Notes under the pieces: model-generated
The model's input: the letters and a program-made list of their open reading frames with translations, nothing else
Told to the model about the DNA's origin: nothing
The model's database searches: none
Position numbers and translations under genes: made by a program
Shown: positions 27,895 to 37,298 of the stretch, in pieces
Numbering within the stretch: the first letter of the stretch is position 1
Layout: each line of letters begins with the position of its first letter
Virus record (IMG/VR): IMGVR_UViG_3300023109_000021
Location: 6,803-70,802 of that record
From: a virus
Length of the DNA: 64,000 nt
Direction: 5' to 3' (one strand)

Positions 27895-30479
27895 TGGCAA
27901 TTATAAGATATACAAAAGAAGAAAACATTAGGTATGCTTACCTGAACATCTTTCCTGATCAGTTTAAAAGTGCAAAACAAAAGCAAGATGATAGTTGGGT
28001 TAAGAATACTATGGATTACTTCTCAAACAAATCATATGCTGAGTATATAAAGAACAGAGAAACATTTGTAAAGAATTATGACCTGATGAAAGGTATATTA
28101 AGAAGAGAAGACTTCATGATAGACCAACCAGACGTAAAAAGTTTTACAGACATGTTACAAGAAGATTTAGATCTTCCTTCTTATGTAAAGCACTACTCAA
28201 TAATGACAACACCTATTAATGAATTAGTAGGAGAGATTTCTAAAAGACCAGATTCATTTAGAGTTAAAGCTTTTGATGATGATAGTCAAGCTCAGGAGTT
28301 ACAGTTTAAAACAGATACGTTACAAGCTTATGTAATATCTCAAGTTAAAGAGCAAGTAGCTGCAAAAGCTGCTATATCTGGACAAGAGTTAAATCAAGAA
28401 GATCTTGAAAAGATAACATTTGAACAAGTTCAAGATCAATTAGATTCTTACACTTCAGTAGCTGAAAAATGGGCTAATCACACACTTACATGTCAAAAGG
28501 CAGACTTTAATTTAAAAGAGAAGAGTGAAGATGCATTTAGAGACTTACTAATTTCAGCAAGAGAGTTCTATCATATATATGAGGATAATTCAAAAGTGGG
28601 ATATAATGTAGAAGTAGCAAATCCAAAGAATACTTGGTTTTTAACTACACCAGATAAAAAATACATCTCTGATCCATCAGGTAGAAACCAAGGAGCCTAT
28701 GCTGCTGGTACTGTGGAAGTTATGGAGATTTCAGAAATAATAGAAGCATTTCCAGATTTACAAAAAGATGAAATAGATCATCTAAGAAGCTCATTGCAAG
28801 ACTATGGACTTATAAACGTAAGAGAATCTAATCTAGGTAATGCAGATGTTACTCCTGGTATAGACTCAATTAATTATGATACGTATGATCCACTAGTGTT
28901 ACAAACACGTATGATTCTCGAATCAGAAATGAAGGAAAACAATGATGGATTACAAGATTTCTTAGGTCTTACAAGTAATGTGTCTTCATTTGGATATAAG
29001 TATGTTGTTGTAAGAAGCTATTGGATATCTAAAAAGAAAATAGGTAAACTAGTATACACTGATGAATTAGGTAATGAACAATCAACACTTGTAGATGAAT
29101 CTTACAAGTCAGGAGATATGCCTACACAGTTATCTTTAGAGTGGGGATGGATTAACCAATGGTATCAAGGAATTAAAATTGGACCAGACATTTATCATGT
29201 TAAACCTTATAATCTTTTAGACTACTGTCCAATTATAGGTACTACTTATGAAGTAAAGAACACAGAGGCACGATCTCTAGTAGATCTAATGAAACCCTTC
29301 CAAGTTATTTATAACGTCTGCATGAACCAGTTATATAAGCTTCTTGAAAAAGAAGTTGGTAAGGTTCAATTAATGTCACTCAGACATATACCAGTTCCTA
29401 AAGATGGTGATGCTCAAGATGCATTAGATATATGGGAAATGGAAGCAAGAGAACGTGGTGTTGTATTTATAGATGATAGCCCAGAGAACTTAAAATCTCC
29501 AAGCTCATTTAATCAGTTTACATCTTTAGATCTTACACGTACACAGGAAATACAATCTCGTTATACATTAGCTCAGCAAATGAAGGTGGAATGTTGGGAA
29601 CTTATAGGTATGTCTAAACAACGTATGGGATCAATAGCTGCATCAGAAACAGCTACAGGTACAAATACTGCTATGCAACAGAGTTACTCTCAGACAGAGC
29701 CTTTATTTATTGCACACGAGTATGTATTAGGACAATTATATCAAGGTATCATCGATGCATCATTATACACAGAAAGCACAAAGCCTCAATCTACATTATC
29801 GTATATAACTAATGAAGGAGAGTCTGCATTTGTACAAGTAAATGGAACAGAGTTAAAGCTTAGAGATTTAAAAGTATTCTTAACTAATAGACCAGAAGAC
29901 ACTCAAATGTTTAATGAGCTTAGACAATTATCTCAAGCTATTATACAAAACGGTGGCACATTATATGATGTAATTGAATTGTACAGTACTAAATCAATGA
30001 GAGAAATGAAAAAGACTTTCAAAGATCTTAGAGATAGACAAGTTCAACAACAAGAACAACAACAACAATTACAGCAGCAACAACAAGAACAAGCTGGTCA
30101 AATTGCACAAGCTCAAATGCAACAAACACAACAATTGGCTGCAGCAGAGCAAGCAAATGATAATTATCAAAATGAACTAGATCGTGTCAATAAAAAAGAA
30201 ATTGCAATGATAAATGCAATGTCTAAAGAAGGTGGAGCGTCTGCTGATGTAGATAATTCAGGAACACCAGATGCATTAGAGATAGAAAACTTAGCGTTGC
30301 AACAAACAAAAGCTACAAAAGATTATGATGCTAAGATGGCAGACATAAACTCTAAGAATAGTTTAGCTCAGCAAAAGTTACAGATTGAAAGAGAAAAGAT
30401 TAAACTAGCTCGTGACAATCAAGCAAACGATCTAGCTGTTGCTAAAATGAATGCAAAAGGTAGAGATAAGAAAAACTAA
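27894..30479 (+). CDS. portal protein
   Basis: 861 aa following TerL; SLVDLMKPFQ..YN, G.SKQR.G and a Gln-rich C-terminal helical barrel as in crAss-like portals. Confidence 0.88.
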   Translation: MAIIRYTKEENIRYAYLNIFPDQFKSAKQKQDDSWVKNTMDYFSNKSYAEYIKNRETFVKNYDLMKGILRREDFMIDQPDVKSFTDMLQEDLDLPSYVKHYSIMTTPINELVGEISKRPDSFRVKAFDDDSQAQELQFKTDTLQAYVISQVKEQVAAKAAISGQELNQEDLEKITFEQVQDQLDSYTSVAEKWANHTLTCQKADFNLKEKSEDAFRDLLISAREFYHIYEDNSKVGYNVEVANPKNTWFLTTPDKKYISDPSGRNQGAYAAGTVEVMEISEIIEAFPDLQKDEIDHLRSSLQDYGLINVRESNLGNADVTPGIDSINYDTYDPLVLQTRMILESEMKENNDGLQDFLGLTSNVSSFGYKYVVVRSYWISKKKIGKLVYTDELGNEQSTLVDESYKSGDMPTQLSLEWGWINQWYQGIKIGPDIYHVKPYNLLDYCPIIGTTYEVKNTEARSLVDLMKPFQVIYNVCMNQLYKLLEKEVGKVQLMSLRHIPVPKDGDAQDALDIWEMEARERGVVFIDDSPENLKSPSSFNQFTSLDLTRTQEIQSRYTLAQQMKVECWELIGMSKQRMGSIAASETATGTNTAMQQSYSQTEPLFIAHEYVLGQLYQGIIDASLYTESTKPQSTLSYITNEGESAFVQVNGTELKLRDLKVFLTNRPEDTQMFNELRQLSQAIIQNGGTLYDVIELYSTKSMREMKKTFKDLRDRQVQQQEQQQQLQQQQQEQAGQIAQAQMQQTQQLAAAEQANDNYQNELDRVNKKEIAMINAMSKEGGASADVDNSGTPDALEIENLALQQTKATKDYDAKMADINSKNSLAQQKLQIEREKIKLARDNQANDLAVAKMNAKGRDKKN

Positions 30480-30553
30480 TTAATTAAATTAGGAGAGGTA
30501 TAAATATTAATGCTATATTATTTAAAAAAGTTCTAATAATATGCAAATAATGT

Positions 30554-30584
30554 TTTGATAATACATACTCTTCTCCTATTTTTA
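30554..30584 (+). promoter_or_regulatory. variant Bacteroidota-type promoter (TTTG-N19-TATTTTTA)
   Basis: Correct spacing upstream of ATG 30622; final G replaced by A; overlaps an inverted repeat 30490-30501/30565-30578. Confidence 0.45.
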
Positions 30585-30621
30585 CGTAAAGAAACCAAAT
30601 AGTAATAAAATATAACTACAT

Positions 30622-31887
30622 ATGTCTGATAATTTAGATAACATGGGCAATTTTGGTATTGAAAATACTCTTGACAATGGTGCAGGAGATGCTCAATTAC
30701 TTAATGATTTATTAGCCCCAGAAACAGCTTCAGGTAATCCTGATGATATTGAACCTATAGTTAACGAAGTTGATTCTCCAAAGGAAGAGAATAACAATGA
30801 AGTAAAAAAAGGAAAAGATATTATACCACCTAAAAGTGTAGATGGTAAAACAGATAAAGAAAAGCAAACAGGAGAATCTCTAGTCGCTGACTTCTTAAGT
30901 GCTTCTGAGGATGATGAGAGTGAGGAAGAACCTCAACCTATAGAAAAGCCTATTGACGAACAATCTAATGATGATGAGCAAGATGATGAACCTCAAGAAG
31001 GTAATCAATTTTCTGCACTTGCAAGTGATCTACTAGAACTAGGAGTCTTTACAAAAAATAGTGAAGATGAAGAAGTGTCAATTAATACACCTGAAGAATT
31101 CTTAGAAAGGTTTAATGCTGAAAAGAAAAAAGGTGCATCTGAATTAGTTCAAAACTTCATTGGTCAATTTGGAGAAGATTACCAAAATGCATTTGAGTCT
31201 ATATTTGTAAAAGGTGCAGATCCAAAAGAATACTTTGGAGCATACAATCAAGTTGTAGCTTTTACTGAAATGGATTTATCTAAAGAGAATAATCAAAAGC
31301 AGATCATGAGTCAAGCACTTACCGATCAAGGTTTTGAAAAAGAAGACATAGTTAAAGAAATAGAAAGATTACAAAACTACGGTGATTTAGAATCCGTAGC
31401 TGCTAGACACCATAAGGTTCTAGTCAAAAAAGAAGCTGCAAAGCTTCAACAATTAGATCAGGAAGCGTCAGAAGTTCAAGAGCAAAAAATGGCAATCAAA
31501 AACCAATATGTTCAGAACGTACAGACAATCCTTACTGATAAGCTAAAAGAAAAAGAGTTTGATGGGATTCCAATAAATTCTAACTTAGCAAACGAACTAC
31601 AAGACTTCCTATTGGTAGATAAGTGGAAAACTCCTGCTGGAGAAAATCTCACTGACTTTGATCGTGCTATCTTAGATTTGAAAAGACCTGAGAACCATGA
31701 AATGAAAGTTAAGTTAGGCCTTTTACTTAAGGTATTAGAAAAAGACCCTACGTTATCTACAATACAAAGAACAGGGATTACTAAAAAATCTAATCAACTG
31801 TTTGGTCAAGTAGCAAGACAAGTGACTAAAAGCAAAACTGCTAAGTCATCAGGAAATAAATCTAAACCTAATTCATGGTTTATATAA
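30622..31887 (+). CDS. putative capsid scaffolding/assembly protein
   Basis: Acidic disordered N-terminus plus coiled coil; sits between portal and MCP as in crAss-like phages. Confidence 0.6.
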   Translation: MSDNLDNMGNFGIENTLDNGAGDAQLLNDLLAPETASGNPDDIEPIVNEVDSPKEENNNEVKKGKDIIPPKSVDGKTDKEKQTGESLVADFLSASEDDESEEEPQPIEKPIDEQSNDDEQDDEPQEGNQFSALASDLLELGVFTKNSEDEEVSINTPEEFLERFNAEKKKGASELVQNFIGQFGEDYQNAFESIFVKGADPKEYFGAYNQVVAFTEMDLSKENNQKQIMSQALTDQGFEKEDIVKEIERLQNYGDLESVAARHHKVLVKKEAAKLQQLDQEASEVQEQKMAIKNQYVQNVQTILTDKLKEKEFDGIPINSNLANELQDFLLVDKWKTPAGENLTDFDRAILDLKRPENHEMKVKLGLLLKVLEKDPTLSTIQRTGITKKSNQLFGQVARQVTKSKTAKSSGNKSKPNSWFI

Positions 31888-31917
31888 ATAGTAATTAATA
31901 ACAAAAAACGAATAAAA

Positions 31918-33483
31918 ATGGCAATTCAAACAATCCCAGGTTTAACTGGTTTTACTTATGCGCGAGTAGCGTCTATGGACAAGCGTGCTGTAGGTAAACT
32001 TACAGATTCAAACCACTTAGAGTCTTTTCACTCTTCAGAGCCTGCGGACTATGATAAAAAAATCATTAGTCTGTATACTCAATCTTCATTGTATAGCAAT
32101 GATTTCTTAGACATGATTAATAAGAGTACTCCTTATTTCATTGACACAAACAGTGATGCGTGGAAATGGAACATTGCAGTTCCTTACAAATTCCCAAAAA
32201 TTCTTGATGTTCCAAGTTCTACACAAGCTATCATTGATGGTACTGGAAAAGTAGGTATTGATGGACAAGAATTTGAGTTAATTTTAGATACAAACGAGTT
32301 TTCTAAAAATGCAATTATTTCTGTAGGAACACGTCAGTACGGACCACGTTTCTACGTAATCAAAGATCCACAGCCTTGGAATGCTGGATTTATTTATAAA
32401 TTTACATTAGTAAGTGATAACCCAACGGTAGACTTCGTAAACACTACATTCTTAGCAGTAGGTACTGAATTAGAATTAGTTGATGCAGCTATTGGAGAAT
32501 TTGATCAAGACTTATTAGGTCTTCCAAGATTAGGTGAGCAAATCACAATGTTTGAATCTTTAGGTTCTGCATATGGTTATGAGCACAAAATTACAGAATG
32601 GGCTGATGATAAAATGATGCGTGATGCTTCTGGTAAGCCATTAGATATTTTAGTCTATGCTCCACAGAGACGTAATCAACTTCCTTTAACTCGTAATGAT
32701 GTTAAATGGGAGCCTTTTATTGAGTTCTGGATGCGTAAGTCTATGTTAGAATTAAAAGTTAAGAGAATGATCTGGGCTAAGCCTGGAACAGTTAAGACTA
32801 ATGGTTCTAAACAAGAATTAAAAAGAACTTCTGCTGGTGTATACCACAGAATGCGTAACAACGGAAACTTAGTACAATACAATAGAGGTGAGTTCTCTGC
32901 AAACTTGATTCGTTCAGTATTTGGAGACTTGTTCTATAGACGAGTGGATGTTAAAGATCGTAGAGTTAAAATGTATACTAATGAGGCTGGATTCGATGTA
33001 TTCCAACAAGCTCTTAAAAATGATGCATTAAACTCTGGATTAACTTTTACAGCAGATTCTGGAGACAGATATATGCAAGGGTCTGGACAAAACATTACTT
33101 ATAACTTTGCATTTGATGCAATGGTAACAAGAGAGACTGGACGTGTAGAACTTGTTCACTTAAGAGAGTTAGATTTACCACAAACTAACTTAGAATTTGG
33201 ACAAAACAAAAAGTCTACTCCTGTATTTATGGTATTTGATGTATCTCCATCATCTGATGGATCAATGGTCAATAACATTCGTGAAGTACGTATGAAGGGT
33301 GCACCTTCTATGACTTGGGGTTATATTGATGGAACTCGTCATCACTTAGGATTTGCAAAATCTCAAGGAATGAGCTCTGCTAATAAATTCCCAGGATACG
33401 AACTATGGATGAAAGATCGTTGTGATGTATTCATTGAGGACTTATCTAGAACTGTACTAATAGAAGAAATTCCACAGTTCTAA
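31918..33483 (+). CDS. major capsid protein (crAss-like)
   Basis: 521 aa; position, LTDSNHL N-terminal motif, strongly biased codons and downstream hairpins. Confidence 0.88.
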   Translation: MAIQTIPGLTGFTYARVASMDKRAVGKLTDSNHLESFHSSEPADYDKKIISLYTQSSLYSNDFLDMINKSTPYFIDTNSDAWKWNIAVPYKFPKILDVPSSTQAIIDGTGKVGIDGQEFELILDTNEFSKNAIISVGTRQYGPRFYVIKDPQPWNAGFIYKFTLVSDNPTVDFVNTTFLAVGTELELVDAAIGEFDQDLLGLPRLGEQITMFESLGSAYGYEHKITEWADDKMMRDASGKPLDILVYAPQRRNQLPLTRNDVKWEPFIEFWMRKSMLELKVKRMIWAKPGTVKTNGSKQELKRTSAGVYHRMRNNGNLVQYNRGEFSANLIRSVFGDLFYRRVDVKDRRVKMYTNEAGFDVFQQALKNDALNSGLTFTADSGDRYMQGSGQNITYNFAFDAMVTRETGRVELVHLRELDLPQTNLEFGQNKKSTPVFMVFDVSPSSDGSMVNNIREVRMKGAPSMTWGYIDGTRHHLGFAKSQGMSSANKFPGYELWMKDRCDVFIEDLSRTVLIEEIPQF

Positions 33484-33495
33484 ATTATAATATCC

Positions 33496-33594
33496 GAGAA
33501 GTGTCCCCTCATCCCACACTGTCCCTCCTCAGAGGGGACTACTTTCTCAACTAGAGTACTGGACTAAGATCCTACCTGTTTAATCAGAGTACTC
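33496..33594 (+). promoter_or_regulatory. tandem stem-loops downstream of MCP
   Basis: GAGAAGTGTCCCCTC...GAGGGGACTACTTTCTC followed by GAGTACT...AGTACTC. Confidence 0.6.
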
Positions 33595-33631
33595 AACAAG
33601 AAAAATAAAACCAAAAATTAATAACTACATT

Positions 33632-34600
33632 ATGGGTAAATTAGGAAAGATCTCTACTATAAAGAGACAATTTAACAGTTCGCAGTTGCAAACTATGGAT
33701 AGTAATCTTGCTCAGCAAGGTATGACAAGGATTCCTGGAACAGGAGTTTTTAAGTATCCTTATAAAGAACTAGATGGTAAATATAGAACAGGATTAGATC
33801 CTGACGCTGGATATATTAAAAGGATTCAAGATTCAACTGAAAGAGAGTTGGAAACTGAGCGTGTAACAAAACTTAGAGATAAATTACAAGCATCGTTAGG
33901 AGATATTGATTTAGGACCAAGAGCAAAATTCTGGAACTATGGATTATCTACTGGAACAAATGATGATTTACATGTTCAACCTGTCAAGTTATTAGACGGT
34001 GATAACTATTATGATCTAAATCTAACAATGCAAGAATTAGCATTTGCTTGGTTGAGAGTACATCCAACTATTGCATCTTCTTTTCAAGCTTGGGAGAGAG
34101 GAGAATTTCCTGCAGATACACAATTTTACGTTGTTAATGATGATATTGAGAATGCAATTGTATACAAGAAAAAACAACTAATCAATAAAGCTATTATTAA
34201 GTTTGATAGCATGTCTCCTGAGAAGAAGAAAAAAGTTGCAAGACTTTTAGGACTTCCTGTTACAGATGACACAAAAGAAGAAGTTGTATATAATAAAGTA
34301 GATAATGTATTAAAGCAGTCAGAAATGAAAAGTGGAAGCTTTAGAGGATTGAATCCTGTAGAAGTATTTACTAGATTTGCTGATATGCAAGATAATTTAC
34401 TCCATATAAAAGATTTAGTTAAACAAGCTATTCAACATTCTATATATAGAGCTAAGCCAAATGGAAGAATTTTTGAAGGAGAATATGAAATAGCAAAAGA
34501 AGAAGAAGATTTAATTAAATTCTTAGCTGATGAAGATAATCAAGAAGATTTATTATTATTAGAAAGCAAGTTAAAAGGTAAAAAGCTAGCTTCTATTTAG
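33632..34600 (+). CDS. conserved crAss-like protein downstream of MCP
   Basis: Syntenic position immediately after MCP. Confidence 0.65.
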   Translation: MGKLGKISTIKRQFNSSQLQTMDSNLAQQGMTRIPGTGVFKYPYKELDGKYRTGLDPDAGYIKRIQDSTERELETERVTKLRDKLQASLGDIDLGPRAKFWNYGLSTGTNDDLHVQPVKLLDGDNYYDLNLTMQELAFAWLRVHPTIASSFQAWERGEFPADTQFYVVNDDIENAIVYKKKQLINKAIIKFDSMSPEKKKKVARLLGLPVTDDTKEEVVYNKVDNVLKQSEMKSGSFRGLNPVEVFTRFADMQDNLLHIKDLVKQAIQHSIYRAKPNGRIFEGEYEIAKEEEDLIKFLADEDNQEDLLLLESKLKGKKLASI

Positions 34601-34612
34601 AGGCTAGTTTTT
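34581..34612 (+). terminator. intrinsic terminator
   Basis: CTAGCTTCTA-TT-TAGAGGCTAG followed by TTTTT, spanning the stop codon. Confidence 0.6.
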
Positions 34613-34628
34613 ATAAACATAATAAAAT

Positions 34629-35360
34629 ATGATACCAGTAGATAGTTTATTGTACAAAATAGACCAAAAACTAAATAAACTATCAACTAACGAGCATCAA
34701 CAGATTCAATTAGAAGACAAAATCTTAGCTTTGAATGAGGCTCAGATTAAGTTGATAAAACAAAAAGTTGATGGATTTAGTGTCGCTAATCGATTAGGTT
34801 ATGATTCCTTTAAAAAAAGGTATGAAGATTTACAAAATTTAGTTATAGATTTTATAAATCAACCATTATCGTTAGTAGAAACAAATAAAGAACTACATCA
34901 ATGGGATGCTGACCTAACTGTACTAAAACCTAAATATATGTTTTATGTAGACAGTTATGTTTTAGCAAATAAAGGTAGATGTAAGGATCGTAAAATATGG
35001 ATCAATCAAGACCTAAGTAAACACGGAGACCTATCCTTATTACTTAATAATGACCATTACAAACCTAGCTTTGAGTATCAAGAGACTCTCAACGCTATAT
35101 CATCTAACACTATTAGTATATATACTGATGGTACATTTACTCCTACTGATATTTACATAATGTATATGAGATATCCTGTCTATATTAACAAAGCAGGTTA
35201 TATCATGATGGACGGTACACCATCTACTAATCAAGATTGTGAGCTTGAAGAATATTTAGAAGATGAACTTCTAGATCTAACAGTTCAAAATCTTGCAATG
35301 TACACAGAAAATAGTGCAGCTGTACAAAGTGCACAGTTTAGAATACAAACAAATGAATAA
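34629..35360 (+). CDS. putative tail ring / head-tail connector protein
   Basis: LNEAQ...F..R.EDL...YMRYP...CEL...DEL pattern of crAss-like ring proteins; synteny. Confidence 0.65.
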   Translation: MIPVDSLLYKIDQKLNKLSTNEHQQIQLEDKILALNEAQIKLIKQKVDGFSVANRLGYDSFKKRYEDLQNLVIDFINQPLSLVETNKELHQWDADLTVLKPKYMFYVDSYVLANKGRCKDRKIWINQDLSKHGDLSLLLNNDHYKPSFEYQETLNAISSNTISIYTDGTFTPTDIYIMYMRYPVYINKAGYIMMDGTPSTNQDCELEEYLEDELLDLTVQNLAMYTENSAAVQSAQFRIQTNE

Positions 35361-35386
35361 TAATTATTAACCTTAAATCATAAAAT

Positions 35387-36514
35387 ATGTCTGATTTTTC
35401 ATTAACCACGTTATTCGTGGTGCCAGTGGGGCAAACTACTGTTCCTAGCTCTGGTTCGACTCAAGATTTAACTGCAGGTACTGTAGGGATCTTTGATCAA
35501 AATTATGCAACTGTAACCGCAGTAAATGCTTCGGATGCAAAATACCTCTACATTGCTCAAGGTAGGGCAAACACTTACCTACAAGGATCTAAAAGATCTG
35601 ATAAGATCTCAGGATCATTAAATGCAGGAAGTGGTAGTAATGTAACAGAATGGTACAAAGTATCAGGATGTTCTCAAGTATCAAATCAAATCACTGATGT
35701 AAGTGATTTCAAAGTACAGTGTGGTGAAGTTGTAACTTTAACGTTACGTGCTCACTCTTCTTACATTGATACTCTTTATTTCAATGGATTTACTAGATCA
35801 GTAACTGTACAAGCTCCATGTTGTGAATGTGGTGGTGATGTATGTGTTGATGTAGATGATAACGCATTAATCAATCAACTTATTGTTAAACTAGAACAAC
35901 AAGCTCCTGGAGATAATCCAGATAACGTTTCTTTTAATAGCTTCTTTACATTTGAAAATGTAGGTGGAACTAAACTTAGAATCCACGGTAAGCCATTAAC
36001 TAAATATGGACAGCCTTGTGATGTTGCTGCATTCCCATGGGAATATGACAGAATGTACTTTAGTACTTTTGTATACGATGGACCTGCTACAACTGCTGAC
36101 TTTATTGTTGCTGATGCTTGTAATATTGTTGCAACTGCTTCTGTAATTCAAACTTCAAACTACCCATCAGGAACTGCTGATGAATTCAAACAATTAGAGA
36201 AAAACTTCTATAGCTACCAAGCTGGATATTTAAAATCTCTATATAGAATGGGTGGATACAATGAAAACTTTGAATCTTATGTAACTAATGGAACTGTTTA
36301 TGATAGTTACTACATCAGATTTAACCAGTATGATAAAGCTGCCTACCAATGGGGAGATTATATCATGCAAGATTCAACTGTAATCATCGCTGTACCTAAC
36401 GCTACAACTAGTGGCATTGCTGCTTTAATAGAGCCAATATTAGTAGATGCATTAGGAGCTGTTGCTGATAACAATGTATGTATTACAACTACTACAACTA
36501 CAACAGCTGCGTAA
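35387..36514 (+). CDS. putative auxiliary capsid (decoration) protein
   Basis: Synteny with crAss-like auxiliary capsid genes; followed by a strong terminator; C-terminal T7 run. Confidence 0.6.
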   Translation: MSDFSLTTLFVVPVGQTTVPSSGSTQDLTAGTVGIFDQNYATVTAVNASDAKYLYIAQGRANTYLQGSKRSDKISGSLNAGSGSNVTEWYKVSGCSQVSNQITDVSDFKVQCGEVVTLTLRAHSSYIDTLYFNGFTRSVTVQAPCCECGGDVCVDVDDNALINQLIVKLEQQAPGDNPDNVSFNSFFTFENVGGTKLRIHGKPLTKYGQPCDVAAFPWEYDRMYFSTFVYDGPATTADFIVADACNIVATASVIQTSNYPSGTADEFKQLEKNFYSYQAGYLKSLYRMGGYNENFESYVTNGTVYDSYYIRFNQYDKAAYQWGDYIMQDSTVIIAVPNATTSGIAALIEPILVDALGAVADNNVCITTTTTTTAA

Positions 36515-36554
36515 GCACTGTTAGATGTAGGCAGAGAATAAATAATAATAAACC

Positions 36555-36602
36555 TATGCCAGAGGTGAGAGGATTATCTCATATCCTCTGGCATTTTTTT
36601 TT
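36555..36602 (+). terminator. intrinsic terminator
   Basis: ATGCCAGAGG...CCTCTGGCAT 10-bp stem followed by a T tract. Confidence 0.85.
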
Positions 36603-36613
36603 AAAACAATAAT

Positions 36614-37180
36614 ATGGCAGCTAATCTACAATTAGATATAATAGTTCCTCCTAGTTATAGTGTCAATATACTTGCTGTTACAGATGCATCTATCTACCCT
36701 GATAGCCCACCTCTGATATCAGCACCTACTATTGAGATAGAGGTTCCAAACTTTGGTAAAAAGATTCTACCTTTTGTACCATTGGATACAAATATATTTG
36801 GCTCTGACACTTTAGGAATAACTGAAGTAGGGTGCCAACAAAAATTACCTGATGGAATATACCATCTAAAATACTCAGTTGCTCCAGCATACTTAAATTT
36901 TGTGGAGAAGACTATAATGCGTGTTGACAGACTACAAGAGAAGTTTGACAATGCGTTTTTGCAGCTTGATATGATGCAGTGTGATTCGGCACTAAGAACT
37001 CAAGCTAGTATAAATCTAAATACAATAAACTTTTTTATACAAGGAGCTCTTGCAGCAGCTAATAACTGTGCAGAGGTAGAAGCTCTTAAGTTATATAAAC
37101 AAGCAGACAATATGCTTGACACATTTTTAAAATCCAACTGTGGTTGTTCAGGAAACAACTATGTATTAAACTTTAGATAA
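36614..37180 (+). CDS. putative tail hub / fibre attachment protein
   Basis: D.S.Y...IEIEVP.F...LPDGIY.LKYSV.P Ig-like N-terminus with helical C-terminus; synteny. Confidence 0.55.
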   Translation: MAANLQLDIIVPPSYSVNILAVTDASIYPDSPPLISAPTIEIEVPNFGKKILPFVPLDTNIFGSDTLGITEVGCQQKLPDGIYHLKYSVAPAYLNFVEKTIMRVDRLQEKFDNAFLQLDMMQCDSALRTQASINLNTINFFIQGALAAANNCAEVEALKLYKQADNMLDTFLKSNCGCSGNNYVLNFR

Positions 37181-37181
37181 T

Positions 37182-37280
37182 ATGGCTCAATGTGCAAATT
37201 GTGGAGCAAAAGTGGGATGTGGATGTCAGTTAACAAACGGTCTATGTGCTCATTGTAATGGTAATTCCAAAAAAGAATAA
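37182..37280 (+). CDS. Cys-rich micro-protein (32 aa, not in ORF track)
   Basis: MAQCANCGAKVGCGCQLTNGLCAHCNGNSKKE; exactly fills the intergenic gap. Confidence 0.7.
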   Translation: MAQCANCGAKVGCGCQLTNGLCAHCNGNSKKE

Positions 37281-37298
37281 TAAACACCAAAAAGTATT

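Noticed and set aside
30035-30150. CAA/CAG repeat in the portal gene
   Set aside because: It encodes the Gln-rich helical C-terminus common in podovirus-type portals; it is not a separate repeat element.
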